From NCBI GenBank assembly GCA_028534125.1, contig CM052817.1:69628001-69692000 (forward strand): a DNA stretch of 64,000 nt, in the 5' to 3' direction. Positions 11,891 to 25,329 of the stretch are shown piece by piece. The notes beneath the pieces are model-generated. The model was not told the DNA's origin. It searched no databases and saw only the letters and a list, made by a program, of their open reading frames with translations. The stretch's first letter is position 1, and every line of letters starts with the position of its first letter. This DNA is from Lama glama. Lineage: Eukaryota. A program made the translations under genes and the position numbers.

Positions 11891-13464
11891 ACTGAAATCT
11901 TCAGGAAGAAATTTTTTAAAAATCTAGTTTAGCTGAACATTTTCTCATTTTTGTATTTTTCTGCTGGCTATATTTATTTTTTGTGACAAGATTTTTGTCT
12001 AAGACTTTTCAATTTGTTTCATTTTTAAGTAATTTCCCAGGGCCAGAAGCCCTGGTTATCATAAACAGTGGACTTGCCTGGATGATTCTGGGAATCTCCT
12101 GCAGTTGCATCCCATGATCAAGCGCCCCCGCAGCCACGCCCTGCGGCTCACTGCAGGACTGGGCAGTGGGGATCTGCCACAAGGGGTTCTTGGCAGCTGA
12201 AGTGGCAGGGAGATGTCTCTCCTGGGAAGGAGATTCCCAGACTACATGAGGTGTGAGAAGGTTGCTTAGCATTCCTCAGAGTATTAAGAACACTTGAAAA
12301 AAAAAAACCCAAAACTGTAAACATTGAAAAGCTTGCCTAGAGGCCTTTGATGCTAAGCATTTTTCTGAGACAGAAGTGTTCTTTCTCCTCTTGTTAGAAA
12401 CCTTTCCAGTGTGGTAGGATGGCCTTGGAGAAAAAGAGGAGAAGGTACTGAGACAATGGGAAACTGGCTTGGCCCCAAAGGGAAAAATGCCTGTGTCAAC
12501 TCCCCAGAACCTCAGGAGAAAGGGCAGCAGGAAGCCTCACACTGCAGGGGGCCACATCGGCCCAGCTGCCTGGTGTTGGAGGGTCTCCTAAGGCAGGATC
12601 AACTCAGGGGGACCTGGAGATGTCTACAGAAACCTCATAATGCCTGTAAACTTTTCCTTCTTAGAAGTTAAAATACCGTGTGATTGATTTTTATAAGACT
12701 TTCAACTAAGGAGACTGGGCTATCTAGGGACTGTTTTGTCATTTCCTGGATGGAGTCTCGAACCAAGCAAATTGCAAACACCTGAAGAGGTAACCTAGGC
12801 TCTAGGGGGAAAAATATTTAAAAATAATTCTGTTGTTATTGTTAGCAGTGGTCTTGTTCTGTTTCTAAAAGAGATTATATGGGGCCCTTTGTATTTCAGG
12901 AATCCCTGGCAATAGTTTATGGGAGAGCAAATAAGTTTTAACCTCTTAGCAAAGGAGGAAAGACTTATCAAAGCCCTAGTCCAAGAGAGGACCATCCTGT
13001 CCCACCTCTGTCTCCAGCTGCAAATTCTCAACTTGAGTATTTCCTGAAATGTTCAAAGGAGCAGAGCTTTACTAAGTGGGTCTAAACAATAACTTCTCCA
13101 TAAACCTCCCTTTCTGAGCTGATAGGCAAGTCCAAAGCTTATTAAAGTCTTTAATTGGAATGCATATCCAAATCAAAACACATTACAACTTTTTAAACAA
13201 ACCAATTCAAAAGAATTATCTACCTCAGACTTTACACTACCAAATACCAAACTTTAGGATGTGTGACACAAAGAACATCCTGGCTTCAAACCAGAGATAC
13301 CAACCCAGGTGACTTTAACAATTGGGTCAAGGCCACAACTTGAAAAACATTTCTTTAAACTTTTTTCAAATGCAACAGAAATTGCTAAATACCATGCATC
13401 ACATCTTAGTACAGAGCTTGCCAAGGAAGCATTCTTAAGTCTGCCTACCAGACAGAGAAAAAGG

Positions 13465-13715
13465 AAATGTCATATGGCTAGCTGTATCCTCTCTCTTTTG
13501 TAAGAAAAGCCAAGTCCCCACCCCAAGAGAACTCCTTTTAGGTCTCCTTGGCCCAAGTTGGTCCCATGGCCAATGACAGCTACGAGGGAGGCTGGGAAGG
13601 CTGGGAACAGGATGTCCAGCACCGCATCACCCATCCCCTTAGGGCTGGGCACACTGCCTACCTCAACACAATCAGGATCCTGTCTAAGGAGGTGGAAGGA
13701 AGACTAGACAGCACC
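13465..13715 (-). mobile_element. MLT1-type LTR fragment
   Basis: aggtctccttggcccaagttggtcccatggcc...gggaggctgggaaggctggg...gggctgggcacactgcc. Confidence 0.5.
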
Positions 13716-16496
13716 TAGAGTGTACCTCCAAGGGGAGGAAACAAACATATGTTGAATACCTGCTATATAGAGAGTCCTGGGAACAAGTACTTCCACATTT
13801 TTTAAAAATCTCATTTAACATAATACCCCAAACTCTCCTGTAAACAGAGCTCTTGACTTTTTACCACATCACCTGTGCCCTCTTTCAGAGTCATCACCAT
13901 AAATGACGTCATCACTCCAGACCCTTTTCTAAAAGGACTGCCTTTTAAACGTTTCCATTTAATATATTTTAATAACTCAAAACTGAGTTTTCAAGTTTGT
14001 CTCTAAGCTGTATTTTCTTTTCTTGAGGTTCTTTGTTCTCTTTTGTTTATTTCTGGCAGTAAAAGAAAATATTTTATGCAAACTTTGAGATGTGAATAAA
14101 ACAAACCAAATCCCTTTCCTATTTTTCCAAAGATTTAAAAATATAAAAACTTAAGAACCCCCAGTGCAGCTATTATGTGGTATGTAGTGGTTTCCCTGAG
14201 AGATTAGGACATTAAATTTTTTTCCTTTATTCTCATTTTTTAAAAGGAAACTAAATGCAAAGAAAAATGTTACTATAATGTACAGGATACAAATTAAAAC
14301 GTAAAGTCAGGAAATGCAAAAGTGAATGTTCTCAAGGAATCTAATGAATCTGTAATTGCCTGGACAGTCACTGTAAGTGTAAAAGTGAAAGACCCACTAT
14401 TGGAATTATTATTAAAAATCTATATGTTTATTCTCTGCATATCTAATTATTTGTATTCACAAATGTTTAGTTCCCATTACTGGAAGAAATGACTGCTCAG
14501 GCAATTACAGATTCACAATGGTTGGTGATGGAAAGGTCCGGTTTATCAGCAGGAACAACAAATGTGTAGTGCTGACAGAATGTCGTGCATGTGGTCAGGG
14601 CACAGAAGCTAGGTTTCCCATGAGAACGTTCACTTTTGCACACAACCAGCAAGGATCTGGTCCAGTTTGCTTTCAGAGCCTGAATGCTTAACCACAAAAC
14701 TATACTCTCTTTTAAGTTTGTGCCTCTGCTTAAGTCAAAACATCTCCTGGGTACTTTAACTTATTTTTTACTCAAAATTCTCTAACAGATGCCAGTGAAT
14801 AGCCAGCCCACTGGAATTGCCCACAACATACCAAAAGTCAAATTGCTATACCTGCACCCATGTAGAACATATATATGTGCCTCTAGGCCATACAAAATAG
14901 CATGAGACACACACTGAAGTTCAAAGTCATTTAGTGCAGGCTCCAGGAAGCCAGGCGGTGAACCAGGCACATGTCAGTATCCCCTTCGACTTAGCTGTTT
15001 TTTCTTAGAGGCCTGATCATGTGGCAACATCCCAGAATGTTTGCTTTTAGCAGACACTTACTTTCTTTTGGGCAACAGAAGTGGTTATGCTCTTGGAGAG
15101 GACAAACATTTCTCAAAGACAAGCCAGAGCTGCTAGAAGGCAAGCAGAGAGGGAGTCGGTCTCCTAATCCATTTCAGTGGTGATGTTTTCCTATTCTTAA
15201 CAAAGGCAGATCATTTTAGATATTCAGAGCTGGTGCAGGTCAGGGTGATAAAGGTCCATGATGGAATTTTCCATGTTTCCAATGTCAGTTCCTCAAAATC
15301 TAGGCCCTAAACTCTGGTTCCATTTTCCTCAGGAATCTGGTGAAACAGGGGGTCAGGAAAAAGAGGGTTCAATCTTAACACCCCCTCTGCTCAATCATAG
15401 TTCTCAAGTACTAATCTTGAGGGAGGCCAGCTTTTACCTCAGTCCTGAAAAGACTGACTGGGAGTTAAGTGGGCAGAATGTGTTTTGCACAACTTGACCT
15501 ATAATTACATTCAGGACAAGACTGCGTGGAGGACGTGAAATCCGCAGAAATACAAAGAGGCTTATGGGCCCTCCAAGAAATGTAGCCAACACGTAAAAGC
15601 AGCCCAGTGGGCAAACGCTTCCTCACTTCGTGAGCCAACTCATCCCTGGATACATATGTGCTAATAAAAATATACCATATGTGGGAAGCATGACTTCCGA
15701 ATTTTTCCTGATAAAGTATTTAAATGTAAACTTTCAAGAGATGACATAATTGTTCCCCTCTTGGATGGAAGTGAAATTCAAATATGTGGTCTTGATTATC
15801 AGAGTGGAATAGAGAATTGACAGATTTAAAACATTATATTTCTGCCAAGATGATTGCACTTTTTTTCCCTCCTTTCTTTAAAGAAAATTATTTTTCCATT
15901 CACTTTTCCAGCTGATGGATAGATAAAAATGGCATTGAGATTTCCAAGACCACTTGGCAGGAGAGGTTTGGTGTAAGGGTTGAAGGTTTTAAATATTGGT
16001 TTGAGCTCATTTTTATGAACTGGAAAGGAAAAATATAAAATTCCTGCATATATCATATTTGTAGATTAAAGACACACATACTAACCCGTGGACTGGAAGA
16101 AATCATTAGGTGCTTTTCTTTTCCATCACTCTGGAACACAGAGAGGGTGGCCAATTCCAAGAGTACAGTGGCCTGGAATCATGTCCCTCTCCGGTGGGTT
16201 GGAGGTGAGGGGGCACGGTGCGACTTAGAAAGGATAACCACATGATAGAACACAGTTACTTTTCAGACCACATTTCACTCTAATGATGTTAACCTTGATT
16301 TCTGTTCTTCATGTTCTCATCTCGATTTTATGAGTAAATTTTTGTAACTTTAAAAGAGTAAGTCTTCTGAGTGTCAAGTATTAAAAAATTTTTTTCTCTA
16401 CTTTAAACTTTTAAAATAAGCTAATAGTAAAAATCACCTTGAATTTAGCAGTATTAAGATTTTAATGTGAAGTAGACATTTTTTTCACACGCCACC

Positions 16497-17000
16497 TGTT
16501 ATGATCAGGGTTCTTGGCAAACAATTCAAACTTCAGATAATTTAGGCAGCAAAGGAATATATGGGAAAGCTGTTGGGTATGTTACAGCACTGATGGAAAA
16601 TGCAAGAGTGAGGCTTAGAAAACGGTCAGGAACAAAAGGAGGTTGCAGAGGCCTCAGCCAAGGCCACACCACTGGAATATTCGAGATAAGATACTACTTC
16701 TGCACAGGAGACCCCAGTGCCATAGGCGCCACCTCCACTGGATACTCACTGCCCTCAGAATCTCAACTCTGTCACTGCTACCGTGAAACCAAGATTCATT
16801 CTGTCCCTACATCTTTACATCACTTCCTACATTTTCAGCACTTGAGGTGGGAGTTCCTGAATTAGCTGCTGAGTCACACCTAAGCTGTTTGTGGCTGGAG
16901 AGGGATAATCTATGGTGCCCTTCAACCTTTGTGGATTTACATAAAGGAGTTCTCCCCAAAAACAGTCTAGCTAATATGGAACTAAAAAAGTAGTATCAAC
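16497..17000 (-). mobile_element. Old MaLR-type LTR remnant
   Basis: tgttatgatcagggttcttggcaaacaa...aaaggaatatatgggaaagc resembles an antisense MLT1 end. Confidence 0.45.
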
Positions 17001-17799
17001 CATCAGCTCTAATTTTTCCCATCAACATATCCATCCATATACTTTTTATGTAACCTGCTCATGAGTATTTTCATTCAGTATCCACTAGTGAATAAATCAA
17101 TCCACTAGAAAATATCTACATATTCTCCATCTTTTTCTACCTATCAACTTTCTCACTAATGGAGTCCCTCAATGACCTGTTTTTATTTAAAAATTTTTTT
17201 TCCTTCTATTTCTTTTCCTAATTCTATTTTATTACCATTTGCCTTAGTGGATAGTGACTATCCACTATCTCCATGCATAATCTGCTATCTCTTCATAATG
17301 CTGGATTTTCAAGGCCAGATCATACAAAATTATTTCATCATAGGAATTATAATTGCAAATAAAAAATGCATGCATCTCAACCAAAACTGTATATCCAGAT
17401 ACTAAATAAGCATCTCCACTTGAATATTCTACTTAAGAATATTCTGCAAAAGCAAACTTGATAGGTTGCTTCCACTCCCCCCACCCCCCACAGCAAATGA
17501 ACTAATTGGGATTCACCTACCTCCCTCTATCATGTCTCTATCACTGGTACCACTATCTTAGGTATTTTTAAATGTTACAGAAATTTGAGGAAATGGGTTG
17601 AATTTTTGGATGGATTGAGACTGCATGATTATTTTCCCACTTAAAATATCACTATGAAACAGTGCTCAGAACTGAATATTTGATTACAGTAAGGGAAGAT
17701 GCCTGTATTTTCCCTCCTCTCAGAAACTTTTTCACAAGAAGGATAAGGTACATGTAAGCAAAACAATTTTAAAAATTCACATACATAAGAAGCCAAAAG

Positions 17800-17811
17800 T
17801 TTAATTTTATT
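17800..17811 (-). terminator. Distal polyadenylation signal: abutting AATAAA + ATTAAA
   Basis: Plus strand tttaattttatt reads AATAAA-ATTAAA on the minus strand. A TGTA lies upstream (17840-17837) and a GU/U-rich element downstream. Confidence 0.8.
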
Positions 17812-17980
17812 GAATAAAGAAAGTTCATTCAGGGTTTACAGATATTAATATACTTTGTAACAGCTGAGAGATCAATAGCTAATTGGAAGAAGAAAGAAAG
17901 CAGTTTATACTTTCAATGTAGAAAAAAAATCTAATTGCTACAGATGTCTTGTAAAATTCCCAAAACAAGGTCTAGCCAAG

Positions 17981-17986
17981 TTTATT
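17981..17986 (-). terminator. Proximal alternative polyadenylation signal AATAAA
   Basis: Plus-strand tttatt inside the 3'UTR, followed on the minus strand by cttggctagaccttgttttggg. Confidence 0.55.
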
Positions 17987-18365
17987 GTTTAGTGATTTTT
18001 TTTTCTTCTTGCAAGAGATCAAAAGTGAGATTCGATGGGTATACTATTGGTTACAAACTAATATAACAGCTTGAAAAAAATCATCAGACAGAAGCATAAA
18101 TAGAATACAAAAAGACTAGGTTTTAAAATTGTATTGCAGGAATATTAACTATAATAAGTGGAAAAGATACATTAAAACCAGGAGTGTGTTACACTGGTTC
18201 AGAACAGAACTCATAAGGCAGACCAAAACTGATGCTAGTTAAGGAAAAGGGCCTGTTTTTAGGAAGCATGTCCAGATACCACCACAAAGAAATACCAACA
18301 GTAAGTACGTGGTCCCTTCTTGTTACTTAGCGAGATGTCAGAAGTGAAGTGACTGGGGTGACAGC

Positions 18366-18504
18366 TTAAGCTTTCTCCAGGGATTTGTAGTATTCCACCA
18401 GCACGGTCCAGGCCTTGGAAGCCATGAAGCCTTCAGGAGGTTTCTGGCCTTCTCGGGCAAGTTTGCGCATTCGTGTTCCTGAAATAAATTCAAAGTCTTC
18501 ATGG
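18366..18504 (-). CDS. PAPSS1: PAPSS1 last coding exon (equivalent to human exon 12), C-terminus
   Basis: Long polypyrimidine acceptor ctcttttttctctccctttcag|C. Translates to (H)[45 protein letters not shown] with TAA at 18368-18366. The ending YKSLEKA* is typical of PAPSS1 rather than PAPSS2. Not in the ORF track because it is too short. Confidence 0.96.
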
Positions 18505-18721
18505 CTGAAAGGGAGAGAAAAAAGAGAATTTCACATTTTTAAAAACTCAGTTATAGTGAAATTTTTTAAAATATTTGTTCCTCTGTTCATGGTAGACAAG
18601 ATTAATAAGAAAAAAAATCTGGATGAAACGTGGTACTTAGGAATATCAACCTGATTTCAAGTTTGTCATTGAGCAAAACACTACGCTATCAAAAATTACT
18701 TATTTTTAGAAGTGGGAAAAG

Positions 18722-19108
18722 TACTTTTTAACTGAAATTTTTACTGAGACCATTGTAGATTCAAATTCAAACGCAACTGTAAGAAATGATGCAGCAAGAT
18801 CCCATATGTCCTTTGCCCAGGGTCTCCCAATAGTAACATTTTGCAAAACTACAGCATAATATTACTATTAGGATATCAGCCAGGAAACAACCCATCAACC
18901 TGACTCAGATTTCCCTAGTTTTACTCATACTTATTTCTCTGTGTGTTTACTCAGTTCTGTACAATTTTATCACATGTGTAGGTCCATGTATCCACCACAG
19001 TCAAGAATCAGAACAGTTCTAAAACCACAATGATCGCGGAGTTGCCCTTTTATGTCCATACCCATTTCCCACCCTCCCCCCCTCCTCCCAGCCCCTGGCA
19101 ACTAATCA
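18722..19108 (-). mobile_element. L1MC-type 3' end, antisense
   Basis: tgtagattca...tgtaagaaatgatgcagcaagatcccatatgtcctttgcccag...aacattttgcaaaactacag...cccctggcaactaatc. Confidence 0.75.
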
Positions 19109-22100
19109 TTTAGGAATAGGATTTTTTTTTCCCTGAAAAAACAAAAAATTTAATATAGCTAGTAGAGATTGAAAACTTTTTAGGAAGTTTGAATATGAGA
19201 GGCTAAATGCATGCTGGAACAGTAAAACAAAAACTGAAATTTTAAAAATAGCAATAGCAGCAAGTAGCAATAATTAATATTATTCCACTGATATTACACA
19301 AAGGTAGTGTTCTGTTCATCCTCATACCTACAAAACACACAGAAGCCCTCAGGCCCTTAGACCACTAAGCACCGAGCACTGGTGGCTATGACACATACTG
19401 TCTACTAGTAATTTCAACCCCTTCCCTCAAACAAGGAAACCAACCAGATAGCAGACCAGGACCCGTAAGAGTTCTGGGTCACTCAGGTCACCAGACCACA
19501 AGCCCTGTTTATTCCTGGTTAGTGGCTATATGTTCCTTTCCCACTTCAACATTTGTAGAGTTAACCCGGGAATCAAGTGAAACCATAAACTGCCAAGTGG
19601 CCCTCGCTTCTAGAGGTATGCCAGGTATGTTTTAACTAACAATCACTCTTCTAGGAATCTGTGTAAAGGAAATAATGAGAGATGCAGGGAAATACTATAC
19701 ATAAAGTCAGCTATCTGAAAGTTGTTTTTCGACAGTAAAATGTAAATGATCTAAAAGTTGAAGGTCTAAATAAATTACAGCATAGGATAAAATGTTCATT
19801 ATGTTATAATGAAGTGAAATAATCAGGGCCCCAACTGTATATAGAATACTATTGCAGTTCTGTTAAAATGAGGGGGTGGGTGGAGGAAAAGGCCATAAAG
19901 AAATGCACCCAAATGTTAATGGTGGTTATTCCTATGCAGTGGTATCACGGGTGCTTTTAATTTTGTCCATGATGCTTTCTGCAGTGATTTAAATGATCAA
20001 TATCAAAATCAAATTTAAAATATCAAATTATTATCAATGAAAGCTTACTTTTAAAATCTCTATCCACGGTGATTTTAAGTAATTTTAAATAATATGACCT
20101 TTAATTAATCTGAAACCTCAATCATTTGGAACACTGCCCTGATGAGAGCAGGTAAACAGGATGCGGACAGAGCATGACTTTCTCTATTCTGGCTCCACGG
20201 GAGTTACAATGGCCACTAATTCACCCCTAAATGACAGACCCCAGCAGCACAAGTATACCTCAACAGTGCTGGGGACACAACACACATTCAATAAATACTG
20301 ACCACTGATCAGGTACTTGATTAGATTTCTAACTAGGAACTCACCAAGTATTTGGTGAAATATGAAAGCACAGAAAGGCATATACACAGAAAAATTCTAT
20401 CAGTTTAATACAGGACCACTCAGAGTCTTAAACAAGTCACCATACTTCATCCTCTGGCGAAAAGAAAAAAAAAAAAAAAAAAGGAGGAGATAGGGCTTCT
20501 GACTGCTGTGGTTAATCTGAGCTCCCTGTATGTCCCCTCTTCTCTAAATCTAGATTGTTCCCACTGGAGATTTTTACCCACCATTGGTGATCTCTTCAAC
20601 AGTCATCTTCAGATCTGGTTTCTTTCTGACCTTGCTCACCTCCACTTCAGCCAGGGAACCCACACACCTAACTTGTTCCTAGCTTGGTTCACTCAGTCTA
20701 TCGATGAGCTCTCGGGTCATCCACTCAATAGGACTGATCTCCTGACCAAGAAAGAAGTACTGTGATTTCCTCACGATCAAGAGTTTACACCAGCTTCTGG
20801 CCTCTCCCCCTTTTCTAATTTTCACTGTCTGTGTGATCAATGACCTGACTGCTCACTGGGCTTCTGAACCTTGGGCTTGGCTGTATTACCATCCATCTCC
20901 ACACACCTCTTGCATCTGGCCTATCCCTATGCCTGCCCACTACTGTTACTTTCGAAGATCAATGTGACTCTTGGTCCTGGATCTAGTAGTTCTCCCTCTT
21001 ACATTTGCTGCTGGCCCTGATTCTGGCCTTTCCAACTCCCCAGTGAGGTACCCAGACTTCAATGGATGTCCTACTCCCCTTTGAAACATGTCTAAGAGTT
21101 CTACCCTGCAATGCTATACACACAACATATGAATATAAAATAGTGTAACTCATTTAATCAGCCACAGGCAAATCAATGTAAATGCTTTATAATCTCATCT
21201 CTTACTATTAAGCAGAAGGCATTGCTTCTTCAACTCAGGCATGTGACATCTTCCCCTAGTCACCTGTCTGCTCTTCTAGTCCCTGCACCACCAGAAAGAC
21301 AGGAAGAAATACATTCATTTCAGTATTTCAATAGCTCTCATCTTCTTAGGTAAAACATCTTTTAAATGTCTGTACAAATTTTCAAAGATGACTGATGAAA
21401 AGGAAAGGTTAACAGATGTTGCTTCAAAGCAAGATGGATTCAAGTAGTTTAAGTCTAGGGAGTCTCTCCCACTTCTATCAACTGTTCAAAGTGCAAGAAA
21501 AGTCAGACCCACTATAATAAAGTGTCCCAGGCAGATGGGCGGGTTACCAGAGGTGACAAATGAAGTAAGCTATTATCTTTCTCCCATGTAAGTGGCTACA
21601 ACTTGAAGGAAGACAAAGAAATTGACTGCATGTCAGACAGGCCTAGGAAAAAAGCAAGACTCTGAGAAGAGATTTCTAAAAAATTCTGGAAAGGTTAGGG
21701 TTAGAAACATAGTTTTAAAAATTGAGTTTGAGAAAATGGATAAGCTCTCCAAAGAAAGAAGACTCACCAAGAGTAAAAGCATCTGTCAAGGGAGTAGGAA
21801 GAAAACCATGATGATTGCATGCAGGCCATGGAAAGAGTAAAACGTTAAGGCCACAGAGAGGCTAAAAAAGACGACCACAAGGGAAAAAACAAAAACAAAA
21901 ACAAAGAAAACCTTGGATATACAAATCAGAATTTAAATTTTCTTTCATCAAGGAGCTTTAGTGGATGATGAAGGAAAGAGAAGGAGTGGTAAAATGGCAG
22001 AGATACAGAGTGGAGAAAAGATGTGTTGTTTTTGTTTTTGCTTTTGTTTTTAAGGAAAAGGGAGGTCTTAGCAAGTGTGTGGCAGAAGAAAATAAGTGGC

Positions 22101-25100
22101 AAGAATGAGAAAAGGAAGGAGGATGAAAGCCAGGAAAGGGAACCAGGAAACCAGGAGAGAAATGAAAGATGGGGAAGTCAGTCTGGAATGAGAGAGCACA
22201 GAGAAAAGGAGGAGGGTCCAGAATGAAGAGAAGAATAGTGATGACTTGGAGTTAGAAAAAGATGACATGGTTAATCCAAGATGGTCCGGTCCTCACCATC
22301 TCAATAAAGATGTCAAGTTGCCTCCTGAGGGTAACCAGAACCTGTATGGGAATGAATTGATAACAGAATGCATCAATACAGCTAGCTGACTTTTATCTCC
22401 AGGCCAGAGAAGTTACTCGTCAGGGCAGGGCTTAGCAAAGGAAGTCAAGGGTGTGAAGGGGTCCAGATCGTTCCAGTTGTATCTAAAAAACCCTCACTCA
22501 ACCTGATGGAAAACTGGTTAGTTCAGCTGAGAATCAATTGCCAAGACATTAACTGTTTTAGTTCCTTAAGATGTTCACTTATCAATTCCCTAAATAAGTC
22601 TCATTGATGAAAATTATGACCCTACATCTCTTTGGCAATGTCAATTTTAAATTTTGACTTCAAAAAAGGAAACCCTGTGTCATGTGCATACAGTAGATTT
22701 GTTCTTGATGGCAATGAGAAAGAAGTGAGGGAACAGCTTGCTAGATGACTCTGCCCTGACTTTTTGATTAAAGGAAAAAAGCCAGACCCATTAAAGTCCT
22801 TTCTTTTCCCCAGAATGCCAAACTGTCTGAAATCCAGAAGTTTGCTTGCATTCCTTTTGAAATTGCACTTTAAAACTCAGGTCCCTGGGTACCTCTTTTC
22901 CTGACGCTATTTCACACTCCATCTGCCCCACATGCCACAAGCATTTCTTCATCACTCGAAATGGGAGTTTCTGCTTCCACATGGTGGTGGTTCCACTCCA
23001 CCCTGGCTACGGAAAACATATTTACTTTCCTCAGCCTCATGCTTGTACTTCTGTCACATGAGGATTTTACTTTTTATCATACGTCAGGTACAAAGAAGAG
23101 CCACTATCTGTAATCTATTCACAGTTACATCTTTAAATGGCCAGCATTGCACAGAAAAAAATTAGATCAGGTAAAAACCAAGGCATTCCGGAAATGATCT
23201 AAAACTAACTCTGAACGTTACCTGTGAGTAATCAAGAATCTGCCAGAAGCAGGGAAGGCTGCTAAATAAAGGACCTGAGGCTTTCACTACAAAGCAAGTC
23301 TAGTTAGGCCATCTAATAACACTCGTTAACCAATCCCTATGGCACCAGAAAAAAGAAACACAAGTCTGTTTTCTTCCTTTTTGAAACCACTTGGTCACAG
23401 ATCCTTATAATCCACAGCTGACAGAATGCCTCTTCTTTTAAAAAAAGCCAAAAAAAAACTCCCCCCAAAACAAAAAATCCCAAAGGGGACGGGGAAGGGT
23501 TAGAATGCAGGGACAGAAAAAGCACATCATTTAGCAGACCATGTGGGACCAGCATCTTATCCCATGTGAGACACACTAACTACATGTGGCCAGCATCTTG
23601 ACTAACTCCTGAGTACAATGACTCGTGGCTACTTGTTGAAGATTTTAAATCTTTATAACCATGTGCCGTCTCTCAGTCCACAGATGTGGCCATCAGAGCC
23701 ACCAGCACAAGCTGTTCAAATAGACAAGAAGCCGGGGTCAGGAGGTGGGCCTTTGAGTGTATCTTTCGATGGTTCATATTCAATTAGACCAGCTTTAACC
23801 AAAAAATGTTAACTAGATGATAAGCCATCAGAGAAGCAAAAGGGAATTTCTCTCACAGAACAAAAAATAATGGTACTAACTTACAAGTGAATCTAATGAA
23901 GTACTTTGGGGCTAATTAACTATTCTCTAACTCAAAAGAAATTCATATATAAATATACACTAAAACACTAAGAATTCTCTTCAAACACAAGTCATCTCTT
24001 CAAAACTAGATAAACAGTTATTTATGGCTTTCTTTCTCAGAACCAGAAAGCTCTGGTTGGCATCATACATGACAAATTTAACATTTTCTATTTCCAAACC
24101 AAACATCAACTGAAATACATAAAAATGTTAATTATTTTGAGCTAATTTAATTTACAAAAATCCTTAATTCATCATGTTTTCCTCTCCTCAAAAGTCTTAT
24201 AAATAAAAGCTGGAGAACAGCTCCTATCATTCAGTCAAATAACACATTTCCAGGGAACGCCTACTCATCTTTTGGAGCTTAGTCCAAATGTCACTTGCTT
24301 CTTTTCTTCCAATGCCCCTGTGACAACCTACCTAAAACCTAAACTACCATTTCATTAACTCTGGCCTGCACTAACGCACACCTTCACACTGACCTCCCTT
24401 CCCATCTTTCTCTTTTCTATCCTGCTAGGTCATTTCTATACTTATGAGCCATGTAGTTTCAAACTTGTCTTTGTTTTAATAAACACTGCAAGTGTAGTTA
24501 CTTTGTAATCCATGTCTGGGTAATTCTAGTATGTGATGTCTCTGCAGGTCTATTCTGCTAACTGTAGTTTACTTTTATTTTTTTTTCTTGCTTTGGTGCT
24601 TTGTTTCCTTGTCTACTTTATCATTTTTGACTTAAACTATTCATCAAGCTTGTATAATTATGGGAATAAGTTGCGGCCTTGGACAAAGAAATAATGCTCC
24701 AGAGAGAGTCTATGTTTGCTTCTGCTGAATATTTAGAGGCATGCCCAGTTAAGAACCACCAAAAACTAATTTCATGGCTTGAGGGCTTTTTGATTATTTA
24801 TTACTTTCATTTTGATAGAACCCAGGTAATAAGAGTTTGGCCCATTTGAACAGTTCTGAGCTTCTGAGCCTAAAACTCAGTGGTCTGCTCAGTCCCCTGA
24901 GGAAGGGGAGTGAGCTCACTTCAGGTTTTCCCTTAACACTTAAGGTGGGACGGAGCCTCAGCTTAATGGGAGTGTCTCCAGCTGGACTCCCCACCTAGGT
25001 CAGGATCACGGAAATTAGTACTCAAGTTTGCTAAGTCCCGCAGGACAAAAGTAACTTCAACACAGCTTACCTGAAGTCCTACCCTTTACTTAATAGTTTA

Positions 25101-25329
25101 GCCTTACAGTTCTTACCAGTGCCACAATACTCTTAAGAAAATGTTTCCTTTCATCAGAATTTTTTGTTAATTTCTTGGGAGAATCAATCTATATAATCCC
25201 ACTTACCTAATTACCAAAAATCTGAACTTTCGAGTATCTAATGTTTACTGTAACAACACTATCTTTTTAAAATCTATTCCAGTTTGTACCTTTTAAGGAA
25301 CTGCCTTATCTAGTCCGTATCTCTTCATC

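Larger units (their letters stand above)
17785..18365 (-). other. PAPSS1: PAPSS1 3' UTR (distal end approximate)
   Basis: AU-rich sequence with no recognisable repeats, running from the stop codon to the distal AATAAA. A GT/T-rich tract follows on the minus strand (tgtatgtgaatttttaaaattgttttg). Confidence 0.8.

Noticed and set aside
12120..12140. CTCF-like half motif AGCGCCCCC
   Set aside because: The other half (gcagcc versus consensus tggtgg) does not match, so it is too weak to call.
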